A program made the position numbers and the translations under genes. Of a DNA stretch of 64,000 bases, positions 27,030 through 40,724 are shown one piece after another. The notes under the pieces are model-generated. The model had not been told where the DNA came from. It ran no database searches and saw only the letters and a list, made by a program, of their open reading frames with translations. This stretch comes from Octopus vulgaris (Eukaryota). The number at the start of each line of letters is the position of its first letter. Position 1 is the stretch's first letter. The stretch is from assembly GCA_951406725.2 (NCBI GenBank), contig OX597825.1, forward strand, positions 28,148,001-28,212,000. The letters run 5' to 3'.

Positions 27030-27852
27030 CAGTGTCATACGTTAATATCAATCTAGGAAGCGTCAACTGGTTTTATAAATACTGCTGTATGCATTTTTTA
27101 AATTACAAGTTTATTGGCTAATTAAGTCGCTGTATAATGAACGGAAAACATCTAAAATGCCATTGGTTCGTACCTAGTTAACTGCATTCAGTTGTAAGAT
27201 CGATACAAAATTGGCTGTTAGCGTGATTGGTTTATTCACAATGTGTTTACATATGGGGTTTGGAGTAGATAATATCACTAACAATGCAAACAACTTCTCA
27301 AAACTATTAGCTGACACAACTTCAGAATTTCGTAGAAACTTAATTACCATTTTTACTAGTCATATTTCGCCCCCTGTGAAAATTGAGATATATGGGTAAG
27401 CTAATATGCATATTGATTTATTCCATAGATGCAATGCCGTGGAGATAATGATGTTAAAGCTTTACTCAAGAATATTAAATATCTCTAAGTTTGTCGGCTC
27501 ATACAGTCTACTGAAACTCAAAGGCAACAAACACTGTGTTTCACAAGATGGTGGTCTATTTCTTTCCTACCGCATAGGATTTAAATGAAGTGACTCCGTT
27601 TGATGTTAAAGCAGAAACATTATATAGTTACTTCCGATGATTTCCTCAAAGACATTAATGACATTAATTAACTTAAATTTGCATCACACTAGGGTTCGAT
27701 GCTTCTAGGATCGAACCCTACATGCAAGATTCACATTTCCGGTTCTCAAAATGTTTACTTTATTTTCCTTTAATAGTACTGTGCGGCGGGAAATGTTGAC
27801 CAATTTCTTTTGACTACACAATTGGAAAGGAAACTGTTTCAATTATATATTT

Positions 27853-27854
<2 letters not shown>

Positions 27855-27949
<95 letters not shown>

Positions 27950-27950
27950 T
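27855..27950. repeat. (TA)n followed by (AAT)n microsatellite
   Basis: Direct reading. Confidence 0.95.
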
Positions 27951-27991
27951 ATACATACACACACACAAACAAACATATATATATGTATATG

Positions 27992-28208
27992 AACAATTGC
28001 AGCCTGGAAGTTGTTTATAAGCCATTTAAAAACACAAGAAAAACGTTAGATTCACTTCAGCAGTTCAGCGCGGAATTTTGTTTGTGAACAGGTAGCGGTT
28101 TGAAAGCGACGAAAATATTTTCAAAAATAAAATTTAACTGTTGAAGGAATCTAACGGGTTTTTTGTGTTTGTTAATGGGTTATAAACACCTTACACGCTG
28201 CAATTGTT
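27992..28208. mobile_element. Degenerate MITE-like inverted repeat (~74-bp imperfect arms)
   Basis: AACAATTGCAGC...TTAGATTCACTTCAGCAGTT (27992-28065) versus AACTGTTGAAGGAATCTAA...GCTGCAATTGTT (28136-28208). Confidence 0.7.
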
Positions 28209-28589
28209 ATTGCTTCCAGACATGATCTCAGATTAAGTCACTTGCTATGCAAGTATATCTCCGTAATATATATATAACTTTATTAAAGTATTTAGTTGCT
28301 TCAAAAATTAATTTAGGGAAGTTGAATGATATAAATCAGCGAAAGCCTATGTACCTGATCATCTGATTGAACATACAGTATATTTTTCTACCGATATACA
28401 GTTATGGATATCTGCAAAGCCCTGTTACACGCAGGAACGGTGGGATTTTAGGCAATGATAAAATTATTCAAGTCAACGAAGCAACACATATATGGTTACC
28501 TGACCGGCGAGGATTGGCAAAACTTCCACAAGTTATATCCTACCTTCTTAAAAATCATATATATGCTGTCTGAGATACATTGTTTATGA

Positions 28590-28705
28590 AAACACGTGGC
28601 TTAGTAGAGAGGATAAATGGCTCACGATCAGAAGGTTCTTGGTTCGATTCCTGGACGGGGTTACACGTGTTGTCTTTGAGTAACGCTCTTCATTTCATGT
28701 TGCCC
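28590..28705 (+). mobile_element. SINE C head fragment
   Basis: CGTGGCTTAGTAG...GGTTCGATTCCTGGAC...TTCATTTCATGTTGC. Confidence 0.6.
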
Positions 28706-29099
28706 TATCACCAACAAATTCAGTTCAAGTACCGGAGCAGAGCCCTCTCTATTCAGCAGTCATATTCTTGGTATTTTGATGGGTGAAAGGTAGAAAGTTC
28801 GGGATGATACGTATGTCTGCTGGTAAATATATAGGCACCTCACATAGTCAGTGTAGGTAATGTATAAATACTACCGAGTCATAGATGCCTTTACGAAATA
28901 TTTTCTGAGTAGGAAAACAGGCTGGCTACAGACAATACACAATGGAAAAGTCCATTAGCTTTACCAGGTATGAACTGGGTTAGGCAACATTAGTAGATTG
29001 TAACTGGTAAACATCCAAACTTACAACCTGTAAAGCGAAGTCAAAATTTAAAACTTCTTATCTGTACGTAATGGCACAACTGAACCGGTCACACTTGAA

Positions 29100-29397
29100 C
29101 TTTTCTTTTGCGCCCTTTTCAAGTCTAGCCAGGCTCATGGGCCCGGTTTCCCGGTTTCTGTGGCGTATGTGTTGCCCCAGCTGGACGGGACGCCAGTCCA
29201 CTGTAGGGTTACGCAAGAAATAGTAAGAGAGAGCGAGAGAAAGTTGGGGCGAAAGAGTAAAACAGTGGTTGCCACCACTCCCTGTCGGAGAGTCGTGGAG
29301 CTTTTAGGTGTTTTCGCTCAAAAAACACGCACAACGCCCGGTCTGGGAATCGAAACCGCAAGTCCGTTACCCTAGCCGCTGGGCCATTGCGCCGCCA
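29100..29397 (-). mobile_element. SINE C, chimeric subtype C3 (head + body1 + tail2)
   Basis: Body matches the 3103 copy, tail matches the 5205/9727/12355 copies; 10-bp TSD CACACTTGAA at 29090-29099 and 29398-29407. Confidence 0.85.
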
Positions 29398-29834
29398 CAC
29401 ACTTGAATTACATTTGCGAATTATAAAGCAGAGGCACCCCAGGCCGCGGCAAATCCCTTTATCTAAAGATGCTAAAGTGAAAGAAACTTTACCTGGCTTA
29501 TCGACCTGGCAGAAATAAGAGCTATGTTGTATTCAATAGAAACCTACGCAAAGAAGGAAGCATAAAATTTGGTAATAAATACATGTATAATGCTGGAATG
29601 TTCGAATGGTGATGGGCAGAAGACTAATCGGTGGTCAGCTTTATCATAGTTACAGTTTCAGCTAAACAACAAATAAACAACCTCTTCCACAAGATAACTT
29701 TCTGAACGTTTAAAAAAAAAATCGACAGGAACACGCCTGAGTCAGCGGAAAAGATGAATAAATGATTAATACGAAGTCAAAGTTTTAGCCCCGTTTTCAT
29801 TGCTACATGATTAAAAGAAATACTGTCCATATTC

Positions 29835-30374
29835 ACATACACACATATATGCATAAATACACACGTATACAAACATAGACACACACACATATATACATAC
29901 ATATGCACACATACATATATACACATACATGCATACATACACACATACATACATATACACATACATACATACAAACATACACACACATACATTCATATAT
30001 ACATACATACACACATACATATACATACACACATATATACATACATACACACACATACATATATGCACACACACATATATAAATACACACATATATACAC
30101 ACACACACACACACACGTGTGTGCGTGTGTGTGTGTGTGTGTGACTGTTATGGTATCACTCCATTGCTTCGCCTACTTTCTCACATTGTGAAATTACTAA
30201 GCACTGCCTTGCAGAAAACAACGCTAAGCATCCAGAGAGTGAATTATCAGTCTTTTCTTTTGCGATCACCGAAACACTACTACACATATTGAATAAACTC
30301 TACTCCTACGCACCGAAAAGAGTATCAATGCATATCCATGCAAACACAAATATATGCGTGCATTGGTGCCCGTG

Positions 30375-30412
<38 letters not shown>

Positions 30413-30532
30413 ACACATACATATATATATATATATATATACATACATATATATATATATATACATATATCGATTGCACATATACATATATACATACATA
30501 TATATATATACATACATATATCTATATATCTA

Positions 30533-30610
<78 letters not shown>

Positions 30611-30630
30611 AATATATATATATATACACA
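29835..30630. repeat. Compound (CA)/(TACA)/(TA) microsatellite blocks
   Basis: Direct reading. Confidence 0.93.
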
Positions 30631-30633
30631 TAC

Positions 30634-31192
30634 ACTGTGCTGGCCCACTTCTTTCATCATTTACATTAATATATATATATATATATACATACATATATAT
30701 ATATATATACATATATCGATTGCACATATACATGAAATATCAGAGACTTGGGAGTAATACATATATATATATTCATAGTCGAGAGATATCCACATATCTA
30801 TATATCAATACAAGGTATCAAAAAGTCGAAGCACCTCAAGGCAATCACAAAAAGATATCTATCTATATATATAGCGCTACATCATCTGCATGATGTGGAA
30901 AATATTCCATCAGCATTATATGTTGGCATCACCTTTAGGTACATAGGCTTGGGCCCGTGCCATCCGCCCAAAACAAAATCGCACTCTCATCTCATAACAA
31001 CAATACGGCACAATTATTTCACCTATTGGCCCGCCTCTTTAACATATAAAACAGAAATGACCTATATAGTCTTTGGACAGATTCCTTCAAGAAATCCCGG
31101 ATAAATACACCCGGATATAACAATAACTCCTACGAGTGGGCCATATATATATATATAAGTTAGACATGGCCTGGGCCAATATGGCCGAAACC
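30634..31192 (+). pseudogene. CR1-like LINE ORF2 relic (RT motif through 3' UTR), heavily micro-deleted
   Basis: TVL(G)PL(L)FIIYIN at 30634-30670, IRDLGVI at 30739-30759, [24 protein letters not shown]; 3' stem-loop CATGGCCTGGGCCAATATGGCCGAAAC; homologous to 55463-55780. Confidence 0.7.
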
Positions 31193-31206
31193 TATATATA
31201 TCAATA

Positions 31207-31309
<103 letters not shown>

Positions 31310-31383
31310 ATACATACATATATATATATATATTTATATATATATATATATACATACATATATATATATATATATATATTAGC

Positions 31384-31447
<64 letters not shown>

Positions 31448-32469
31448 TTTAAATTGAATTCCCTTTCGCGACTCATGAAACCATCAAGATGACAGGCGAG
31501 AAACACTAATTAATTGAAATTCCTGCTCATTGATATCGCTCGCCCCTCGATTGTTAATTCGTTCCGCTTTTTTCTTTTTTTCTTAACCATTGGTTGGTTT
31601 GCACTTCATTGTATTAATTCGTCTATTTGTACGTTTGTCTCTGGCTCTTTGTTTCGTTGGTTGCTTTCCTAATGTCGTTTTGTTATGTTATTTTATTCTC
31701 TTTTACCAGCAGAAATTATTTAGGGTTTCCTTCAGTCTGATGATTCCTTACACTACTTTTGTTCTTTTTTTTTATGCTTTGCTGCTTTCATTTCTGTCAG
31801 CTAATTCGTCAGAAACATTTGTTGCCTGCAGAATTATTTCCCGGTTCGTTGGGTGTATTTCTTGTTTTGTTTTTGTTTTTTTTTTCTAATTCACTTTTCT
31901 TTTATTTTATGAAATTATAAGAGTGCTTTTATCTTCGGTTTGTTGAGCACATTTACTGTTTATCAAATTCATTATGTTCCACTTGTTGATTGACTTTCGC
32001 AGCTGTAAAGGCTTGTTTTCCGATTCATTGGTCATGCATCCTGTTTGTTGTTGTTGGTGTTTTTCTATCTTCTTTGTCAAAGGAAGTCACTTTAGTGCTG
32101 GTTCTACATGTATAGATAGATGTATTCATGTATGTGCGCCAGTGTGTGTAACGTTTTGAGTACATGGCTTGAATTGGCTCTTTTAACTTCGATTCTTTTA
32201 TGATGTTTGTATGTACAAGTGCGCATGTATGTATTATATGCCAAATGATTATAAACGTTTATGGTTGGAGTACGCTTTTATGCTTAATGTTTTTCATCAA
32301 AGAGTTATTTCTAATCTTAGGTTGGCGCTTCTCTGCTCTCGATTCCAATATCCATGCCGTTCTTGGTGGAGGATTAATATAATTTTATACCGTTTTCCCC
32401 CTTTAGCGTGTTGTGTATGTTTTTGTGATTATGCTATATTTTTCAACAATCTTTTGGTGACATGTTCTG

Positions 32470-32760
32470 AAATATATGTTATATAAAATCCGTTCTGTCT
32501 GTCTATGTGTGTGTCTTCTAGGATCTCGGGCATCCTCCATCCGATTGCGCTCAAATTTGATATGTAGATATCAACGGTATCAGGGCGTGTATAAATCTTG
32601 TAAAAATTACAAAAATTGATTCCAGGTGAGAATGCCATCGATAAAGCCGTGGAAACGTGCATTTGTACGTGTAAGTGCATCAGCTGTTGCGATCGATACT
32701 ACGCGTACGCGAGAAAAATGCACGTGCAATTTGCGAAAAAAAGCCGGCCTGTTTGGTGTC
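32470..32760 (+). mobile_element. Possible Helitron-like 5' region
   Basis: TATATAAAA...(TGTC)n TGTGTG...CCGATTGCGCTCAAATTTG resembles the 5' end of the 41447-41830 element; no 3' hairpin plus CTAG found. Confidence 0.35.
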
Positions 32761-33965
32761 TCAAATTTAGGTTAAATCAGTGTTTCTCAAAGGGGAGCCC
32801 TATGGGACGGTCGGACAAGTTGTTTTGAGTAAATTTGGTTTAAATGTTTGACCCCCTCAGCACCGTCCATTGGAAGGAGGGCGTTTTGCTTGTATTATAT
32901 AATGTGATAAGCTTACTACAATTTTTTTGCTTTAACGTAAAGCAGAAGTTACTTATCTTTTAATTTTTGTTATGCAGCATTTATTTTTCTGATAGTAGCA
33001 ATATGCTGCGATTAACTTTCCCGAAAGATTTTGTTGATCACGCTGTTTTTTTGTTTTTTTTTTTCTCTGAAACTGTCCTTCTCACCAGAATGTGTACTTT
33101 GTAAATCAAGCTTTTACGTAGGTTCCATTCAATGCACAGCGTCTTGGTTCGCAAAAGTTGCCTTGAATTTCGGTGTTAGGTATATTTCTTCATATATTCT
33201 TGTGAAGGGTTATTATGACACTGTTTATACATTTTTGTGCAACTGCGTCTAACTTTCATACTATTTCTTTTGAATAGTTTGAAACATCTGGGAAGTTCGG
33301 CTGGGAAGTGTTAGGGGAGTAATGACAGAAATGCTTACACATCGTTTCTTCTCAAATTTAAGATAAAGAGCGAGTCAAAACAAGCGATATCTCTTCAACT
33401 GGATATTTGTTTATTGTTAATATCCGTCGTTGTATGTATGTATGTACTGTAATCTTTCTTTGAAACAATCACATCGAAGGCTTCAATGTATAATAATGCT
33501 ATTTGTCGAATACATTTCCTCGACGTTATCTTCCTAGAAGATTTTCTGGCATTTCTTATTGACTATGTTCTCAAAGATAAAGGAAAGATAGTTTAACAGT
33601 ATGCTTTGGTATCAAAACAACTGGTTTTCTGCAAGAGTGGTATTTTCCAGATGAATGTTATATTAAGACTATTTACTGTGGATGTGTTCTTTTGAATTGT
33701 TATTTTCAGAGTAAAACTTTTTACAACCTAAATTAGACATTTTCAAATCACATCCTCCCATATTAGATTACTCGGATAAGTCGCTTCTTTTTTCGGTAAA
33801 TTTAATCTTTCGTGTTCATAACACTACAAGCACAGAACAAAGAGCTCGTCTAGTGCGAGTCGTGTTATAACAAGAAGTTCTTCAATAGATTTTTTATACT
33901 TATCAGCTCATTGCAGATTCTTGTAAAACTTTCTCTCCCTCTCTTTCTCACTTTATATGTATGTA

Positions 33966-34031
<66 letters not shown>

Positions 34032-34152
34032 ATGTATATGTATATACATGTGTGTGCGTGTGTATTTATATATTTGTGCATGCATTATTTGACACAGGTA
34101 TGTATGTTGATATATATGTATATATGTATGTGTATGTATGAATGTATGTATG

Positions 34153-34198
<46 letters not shown>

Positions 34199-35504
34199 AC
34201 AGAGGATGCATGACTGAAATATTGTGTATATCATAGTTTTGAAAGGACTTCCTAATTTTCATGCAAAAACATTTATGTGGCTCGGAGAAGCTGAAATATA
34301 TCTATACTTGTTTTATATTTGTATACGTATTCACAATTATATAATTAGGGACCAGCCACAACAGCTGAGAAGATTCGAAACCGAATCCACGTATTCGTTG
34401 ATTGTGAAATGTATTTCTTGACTTTTGGTTTCTCCTTGCTTCACTCAGAAATTAATGAGGTTGAATTGACCACTGACAGCTTCTACGGTCGTAGAAAGGT
34501 CAATGCTTTGTTTTAAGATTGACCTACTTCAGTAGCCAAACTTTACATGTACCCAACGAAATCTTTGAACCTCTTTGATATCTGTCTTCAGACCAACCTA
34601 GCATCTGGGCCGAATTGAAAAGAGACAGAAAGCACATTGTTTATACGCTTTGTTTGACTACACAATTCTCGTCTTTTCTTCCCCTGTAGCAGCAGACAAT
34701 GAAGCTAACTATCGCATGCTAAGAATCCATGGAACCAAAATGTATTTTACAACAACAAACTATCAACATGTGTATACACAAACAGCGTGATGCCGTCGTT
34801 CATATTTTATATTATAACGACGTTATGATCAACTAAGTAAATGGTCATCTTCATAACTAATTGTTCGGATCTTTGTGTTTACTTTTGTTGTGTATGTGTG
34901 CGTGTGAAGTATGTAAGTGGTGCGTTAGCCATGATTTTATAGGAAATAACAAGACAATGCGTGGAAACCGCAAAAAAATTTGATGTCCTGCGAAAGCGGA
35001 ACGAATACGAACATGTTTTAAAAGTTCAAAACATATCGTTAATATTTTTATTGGACGACGAAATTCATCGATTTAAGAGATATAGCTGTAATTTCTAGCA
35101 CCTGCAGTAGACAGAAGTGATGGATGAATAACACGTGTGCGTGTGTATGTGTGTGCTGTTTACTTAGACGCAGCAAATTAATTTAGGGCAAATGCTGGGA
35201 TTTCATTGGTTAAATTTCGAAGAATTAAACTTCGTAAAAGTTACAAAATACAATTTTCTCAAAAAATCTAATTGAAATTAATGTTTTCTTTTGACACATT
35301 CTACCAGTATACGAAGTTTCAAATTATTTAGTTAAGTACAAATTCTGTCCATCTTTTAGAAAAGATCCAATTGTTTTTCACACATTTATTTCTATGATGT
35401 ATTGTCCTCATTCATGCTACATCTTTAATTTCGACATCTTTCACATCCTAATCATACCGTTAACATATGTTTTAGTTTACATGCCAGTACACATTCTTAC
35501 ATTC

Positions 35505-35735
35505 TTTCCTACTCTAGGCACAAGGACCGAAATTTTTGAGGAGGGGACAAATCGATTACATCGCCCCCAGTACTCAATTGGTACTTAATTAATCGACCCC
35601 GAAAGGATGAAAGGTAAAGTCGACCTCGACGGAATTTGAACTCGGAGCGTAAAGACAGACGAAATACTGCTAAGCATTTCGCCCGGCGTTCTAACGTTTC
35701 TTGGTTCTTTATTGCCCACCAAGATAGAGGGGACA
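35505..35735 (-). mobile_element. SINE B (alternative tail) with a second B tail fragment at its head
   Basis: B core at 35560-35700 followed by TTCTTTATTGCCCACCAAG...GGGGACAA. Confidence 0.8.
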
Positions 35736-35843
35736 ACACATCAAATGTGGGGACATAAAACGACAAATCAAAAAACAAACGTATGACAAAGATGAATGAT
35801 AACATGAAATTGAATAAATGGCAGTGTTTTATTACCTGTGTAT

Positions 35844-35895
<52 letters not shown>

Positions 35896-36239
35896 TCTCT
35901 GTATTTCAGTGCATGTCGTTGATTGTGGGGCAGTAGTAAACTGAATGGCATAAACGGATAATTGTAACGACTTGCAAAGTGATATTTCGTTAGAAAAATA
36001 CAAGCGAAAATGAAAAAGCAATTGTAAATGAGTGTAATGAAAAGAGGGAGATACATTTGGAAATTCAGAATTTCATTATTTTCTTTTTTTTATTTACTGC
36101 CGACCACTAAATATTCATCCGTTTCAGTAAAATCTATTTTCCTCTATGCAACTAGGATATAGCAACAGGGTGATACTAGTTTTATTGGAACCAATCAAGC
36201 TTAGAGACCTCTGTGATATCTTGTTTAGTGGACAGAAAT

Positions 36240-36630
36240 TCTTTTATTCTTTTACTTGTTTCAGCCATTTGACTGCGGTCATACTGGAGCACCGCCTCAA
36301 AGGGTTATTCAGTTGAACAAATAGACTCCAGGGCTTGTTCTTTCTATTGTAAGGCTACTATTTATTCTATTGATCACCTTTGCCGAACCGCTAAGTTTCG
36401 GGGACGAATAAGCACCAGCATCGGTTGTCAAGTGATGATGGGGGACAAACAGACACAAAGACACACACACACACACATATATAAACATATACGACGGGCT
36501 TCTCTCAGTTTCCATCTACCAAATCCACTCACAATGCCTGTCTATACTGGAAGACACTACACCAAAGTGCCATGCAGAGGCATTGAACTTGGAACCATGT
36601 GGCTGGGAACAAGCTTCTTACTCTACAGCC
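36240..36630 (-). mobile_element. SINE A
   Basis: CTTTTACTTGTTTCAGCCATTTGACTGCGG...GGAACCATGTGGCTGGGAACAAGCTTCTTAC. Confidence 0.85.
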
Positions 36631-36894
36631 AGAACGATCAAAATAAGATTAGATAACATCATTGATGGAGACCATTCCTGTAGGAATGCATATAATAAGT
36701 AACATACACAAAAAAGATTGTAACTTAATTTGAAATATGTCATTCATATGAAAAATGAAACTTTGCAGTAATTGTCAGCAACTCTCAAGCGTTAGGGGCG
36801 ATAACTCAAGAAGAATGATCATAAAACAACAGAAAACTATTTTCTTACTCCCACCAGAGGTTACTGTTTAGAAAGTATATGTACAAGTTTACTG

Positions 36895-37208
<314 letters not shown>

Positions 37209-37862
37209 TGTAAAAGCACATTGTGGTTAACATGGTGAGACGCAATGAAAAAATAATTCAACGGATACACATTGTCATGACAAGGCAGGGAAATGATTGA
37301 TGCATTCGTGAACTGTCAGTAATACTGCAAAACTATACATTAACAGATAACCAATGATTTATGAAAAATTAATGTACATAAATAATGCACACATAGGTAA
37401 AAATAAATGTGTAGATACGGCTGTGAATTTTTATACATTTCTTGTGAATATAATGTGTCACGGAATAGGCCGCGTGTGATTATGTGCGTAGCATACTTTG
37501 TTGGAGTTTCTGTTTTTCAATAAACATGAATTTGTGTTTCTAGAGAAAGGTGCAGTTTCTCACATGGCTTGTGATTCGTGAAGATCCTGAAGTAAGCAAA
37601 AAAAAAATAATAATATTTAACTTCCAACTGGTGCACCGGAGGTGGAATAAAGAAATGTGATAGTAGATTCTATTTCGTATATTCCCAAATTTTCCTATTG
37701 ATGTAGAAATTTCAGTTCGTGCGTAAAACACAAACGCATCGCGAGAGACTTATATTTGATGTGTTGCGTGGATCTCGTCGTAATCACAGCAGCATTTTTA
37801 CGCCCTGAATTAAAATAACACCGAGATCAACTTTGATTTCTATAGTTTCAGATTCGAAAATA

Positions 37863-38094
37863 TATTTCTTTATTGCCCACAAGGAACTAAACATAGAGGG
37901 GACAAAGAAGGACAGACGAACGGATTAAGTAGATTCTATCGACCCCAGTACGTAACTGGTACTTAATTTATCGACCCCGAAAAGATGAAAGGCAAAGTCG
38001 ACCTCGGCGGAATTTGAACTCAGAACGTAAAGGGCAGACGAAATACGGCTACGCATTTCGCCCGGCGTGCTAACGGTTCTGCCAGCTCGCCACC
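37863..38094 (-). mobile_element. SINE B, full-length monomer with TSD
   Basis: 16-bp TSD TTCAGATTCGAAAATA (37847-37862) / TTCAGAATCGAAAATA (38095-38110). Confidence 0.9.
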
Positions 38095-38350
38095 TTCAGA
38101 ATCGAAAATAGGGCACTAATAACGTACTAGGGCCTGTTTTTCTTTCGCTCTGAGTTTCTCTCTTTCCATCTCACTCTTCTTCTCACTCTCTAATTCTCTT
38201 TCCCTATCTCTCTCTCTCTCTCTCTCTTTCTCTCTCCTTATCCCTCTTGTAGTTCTTTCTTTCGTAGCTTTATCCGCCTTCAGTCCTAGAACGAGTGGTA
38301 GGCCTATAATAATTGTACATTAAAGCGTTCGTTGTATGCGAGCGTATGTA

Positions 38351-38573
38351 TACTCTTTTTTTACCCTTTTACTTGTTTCAGTCATTTGACTGCGGCCATG
38401 CTGGAGCACCGCCTGTAGTCGAGCAAATCGACCCCGGAACTTATTCTTTGTAAGCCCAGTACTTATTCTATCGGTCTCTTTTGCCGAACCGCTAAGTGAC
38501 GGGGACGTAAACACACCAGCATCGGTTGTCAAGCAATGCTAGTGGGACAAACACAGACACACAAACATATACG

Positions 38574-38607
<34 letters not shown>

Positions 38608-38779
38608 CATATATACGGCAGGTTTCTTTCAGTTTCCGTCTACCAAATCCACTCACAGGGCATTGGTCGGCCCGGGACTATAGCAGAAGACACCTGCCCA
38701 GGATGCCACGCAGTGGGACTGAACCCGGAACCATGTGATTGGTTATCAAGCTACTTACCACACAGCCACTCCTGCGCCT
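38351..38779 (-). mobile_element. SINE A, young full-length copy
   Basis: Near-consensus match to the other A copies. Confidence 0.9.
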
Positions 38780-39126
38780 ATACATACATACACACACACA
38801 CATACATGCACACATGGGCCCAGGGGCGGCTCTGTGATTACCAACCACATGGTTATGACAGTCTGCTGGTTCATCCATAAATGTGTATATACATACAATT
38901 ATACATTCTTGTATATATATATATATGTGTGTGTGTGCGCATGGCTTATAACGAATAATTCCTGAGATCGATTTCCTCAACTAAAGGCAGTGTACGTGAT
39001 AGCTGTGTGCATTATATAGAAACACATACTGCCAAACACTCACAGCTAATAACGAACGAATGCATAAAAACATACTCACAAATACACAGATACAAACATA
39101 TGTATATATACGTACCTACATACATA

Positions 39127-40724
39127 CGAGGGTGGGCTGAAAAGTTGATAAACTAAGAAAGTTTGATACTAGAGCTGTGAGATCTCTTTACTTATAACTG
39201 CATTTTTTTTCTTTCCAAATAAAGTGATAGCTAATTGTTCAAAGACTTCTGAAATTATTGAAAATAATCTTTTAAAAATAGACGAAATTCCCCATCGTGA
39301 TGTTATCAAATATCTGCAGACAGGAGTTATCAAGTACCTGTAGAAAAAGGGTTGTCAAGTACCTGCAGAAAAAGGGTTATCAAGTACCAGCAGAAAAATG
39401 GTTATCAAGTACCTGCAGAAAAGGGTTATTAAGCACCTGCAGAAAAAGGGTTATCAACTACCTGCAGGAAAAGGGTTGTCAAGTACCTGCAGAAAAAGAG
39501 TTTTCAAGTTCCTGCAGAAAAACGGTTATCAAATGTCTGCAGAAAAAGGGTTATCAAGTACCTGCAGGAAGAAGGTTATCAAGTAGCTGCGGGGAAAAGG
39601 GTTATCAAGTACCTGCAGAAAAAGGATTATCAAGTTCCTGCAGAAAACGGTTATCAAATACCTACAGGAAGAGGGTTATAATATCCCCAAGGATATTCAT
39701 GCTGATATGGTTGCTACATTAGGGGATGACTCTCCAGATTTATCAAACAAGGCAAAATTTGGCAGCTGAATTTAGGAGTGGAAAGGAAAGTCTTGCAGAT
39801 GACCCAAGGTCTGGAAGTCCTCTAATTGCCACATCCAAAGAAAACGTTGATCGTGTGCAACACCAAGCGATGGTTGACAGGCGTTTGACTATAAATCATA
39901 CAGCTAATGCTATTATAATATCTCGGGAGAGATTTGAAAATAATCTACACAATGAACTTGGCATGTCGAAGGTTTTATGGTCGGTGGGTGCCACGTCTCC
40001 TCGCACTTTTGTTCAAAAGCGCACCAGGCTGATCACATCATGAGAAAATCTGACATTGTTTCTAGCAGATCCACCTGGTTTCCTTGAATATTTCTTAAGC
40101 CAGGATGAGTTTTAGTTTCACCACTTATGACCCGGATAAAATAAGGCAATCCTATAGTGGAAACATTCCTCCTAACCTGCTCCAAATTAGGCCAAGGACT
40201 TTTGATTTGCCGGGAAGATGATGGCCTCAGTTTTCCGGGAATTAAAAGGGCATTGTTTTTATCGACTATATTCACAAGTGCCTCACCTTCAATGGCAAGT
40301 ACTATGCCAACTTGCTGAGGCAGTTATGGAAGGCTATCAAGACCAAACACCCAGAAAAACTTATGAAAAGGGTCTTTTTTCAGCCGGACAATACTATAAC
40401 ACATATCCTTCGTCTCAATGGTCGCTGTGTGTGAGTTTGGATTTGAACTGGTTGATCAGCTTCCCTGTTCTCCTGATTTAGCCTCAACATAATAAAACAC
40501 TTTGCTGGGAAATAGTATCATAATGACGATGATATCACATCTGTCCTTTGATGAATTTTTGACAAGCAGGATGAAAGCTTTGTCACCAATGGTATTCAAG
40601 TACTGCAATACCGATAAAAGAAGTGTGCGGACTGCAAAGTAGGTTATGTTGAAAATTTCGCTTCTTTTGTTCACGTTTCTTGAGACTATTTTGGTCAGCC
40701 TATCAAATGTTCAGCAAATATTTA
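39127..40724 (+). mobile_element. Degenerate near-complete mariner element
   Basis: TA-CGAGGGTGGGCTGAAAAGTTGATA left TIR and decayed right TIR TCAGCCTATCAAATGTTCAGC; frameshifted motifs HRDVIKYLQ, PKDIHADMVATLG, DDPRSG, RWVPR, QDE, SPDLA, KKC...GYVE. Confidence 0.9.
39302..39680 (+). repeat. ~25-bp minisatellite (GTTATCAAGTACCTGCAGAAAAAGG) x ~15 inside the transposase 5' end
   Basis: Direct reading; the unit corresponds to codons VIKYLQKK(G). Confidence 0.93.

Noticed and set aside
32778-32792. hAT-like terminus CAGTGTTTCTCAAA
   Set aside because: No matching opposite TIR or 8-bp TSD found by eye.
39297-39722. 141-aa repeat protein ORF or CRISPR-like 25-bp repeats
   Set aside because: A spacerless minisatellite derived from transposase codons; the frame shifts with each unit.
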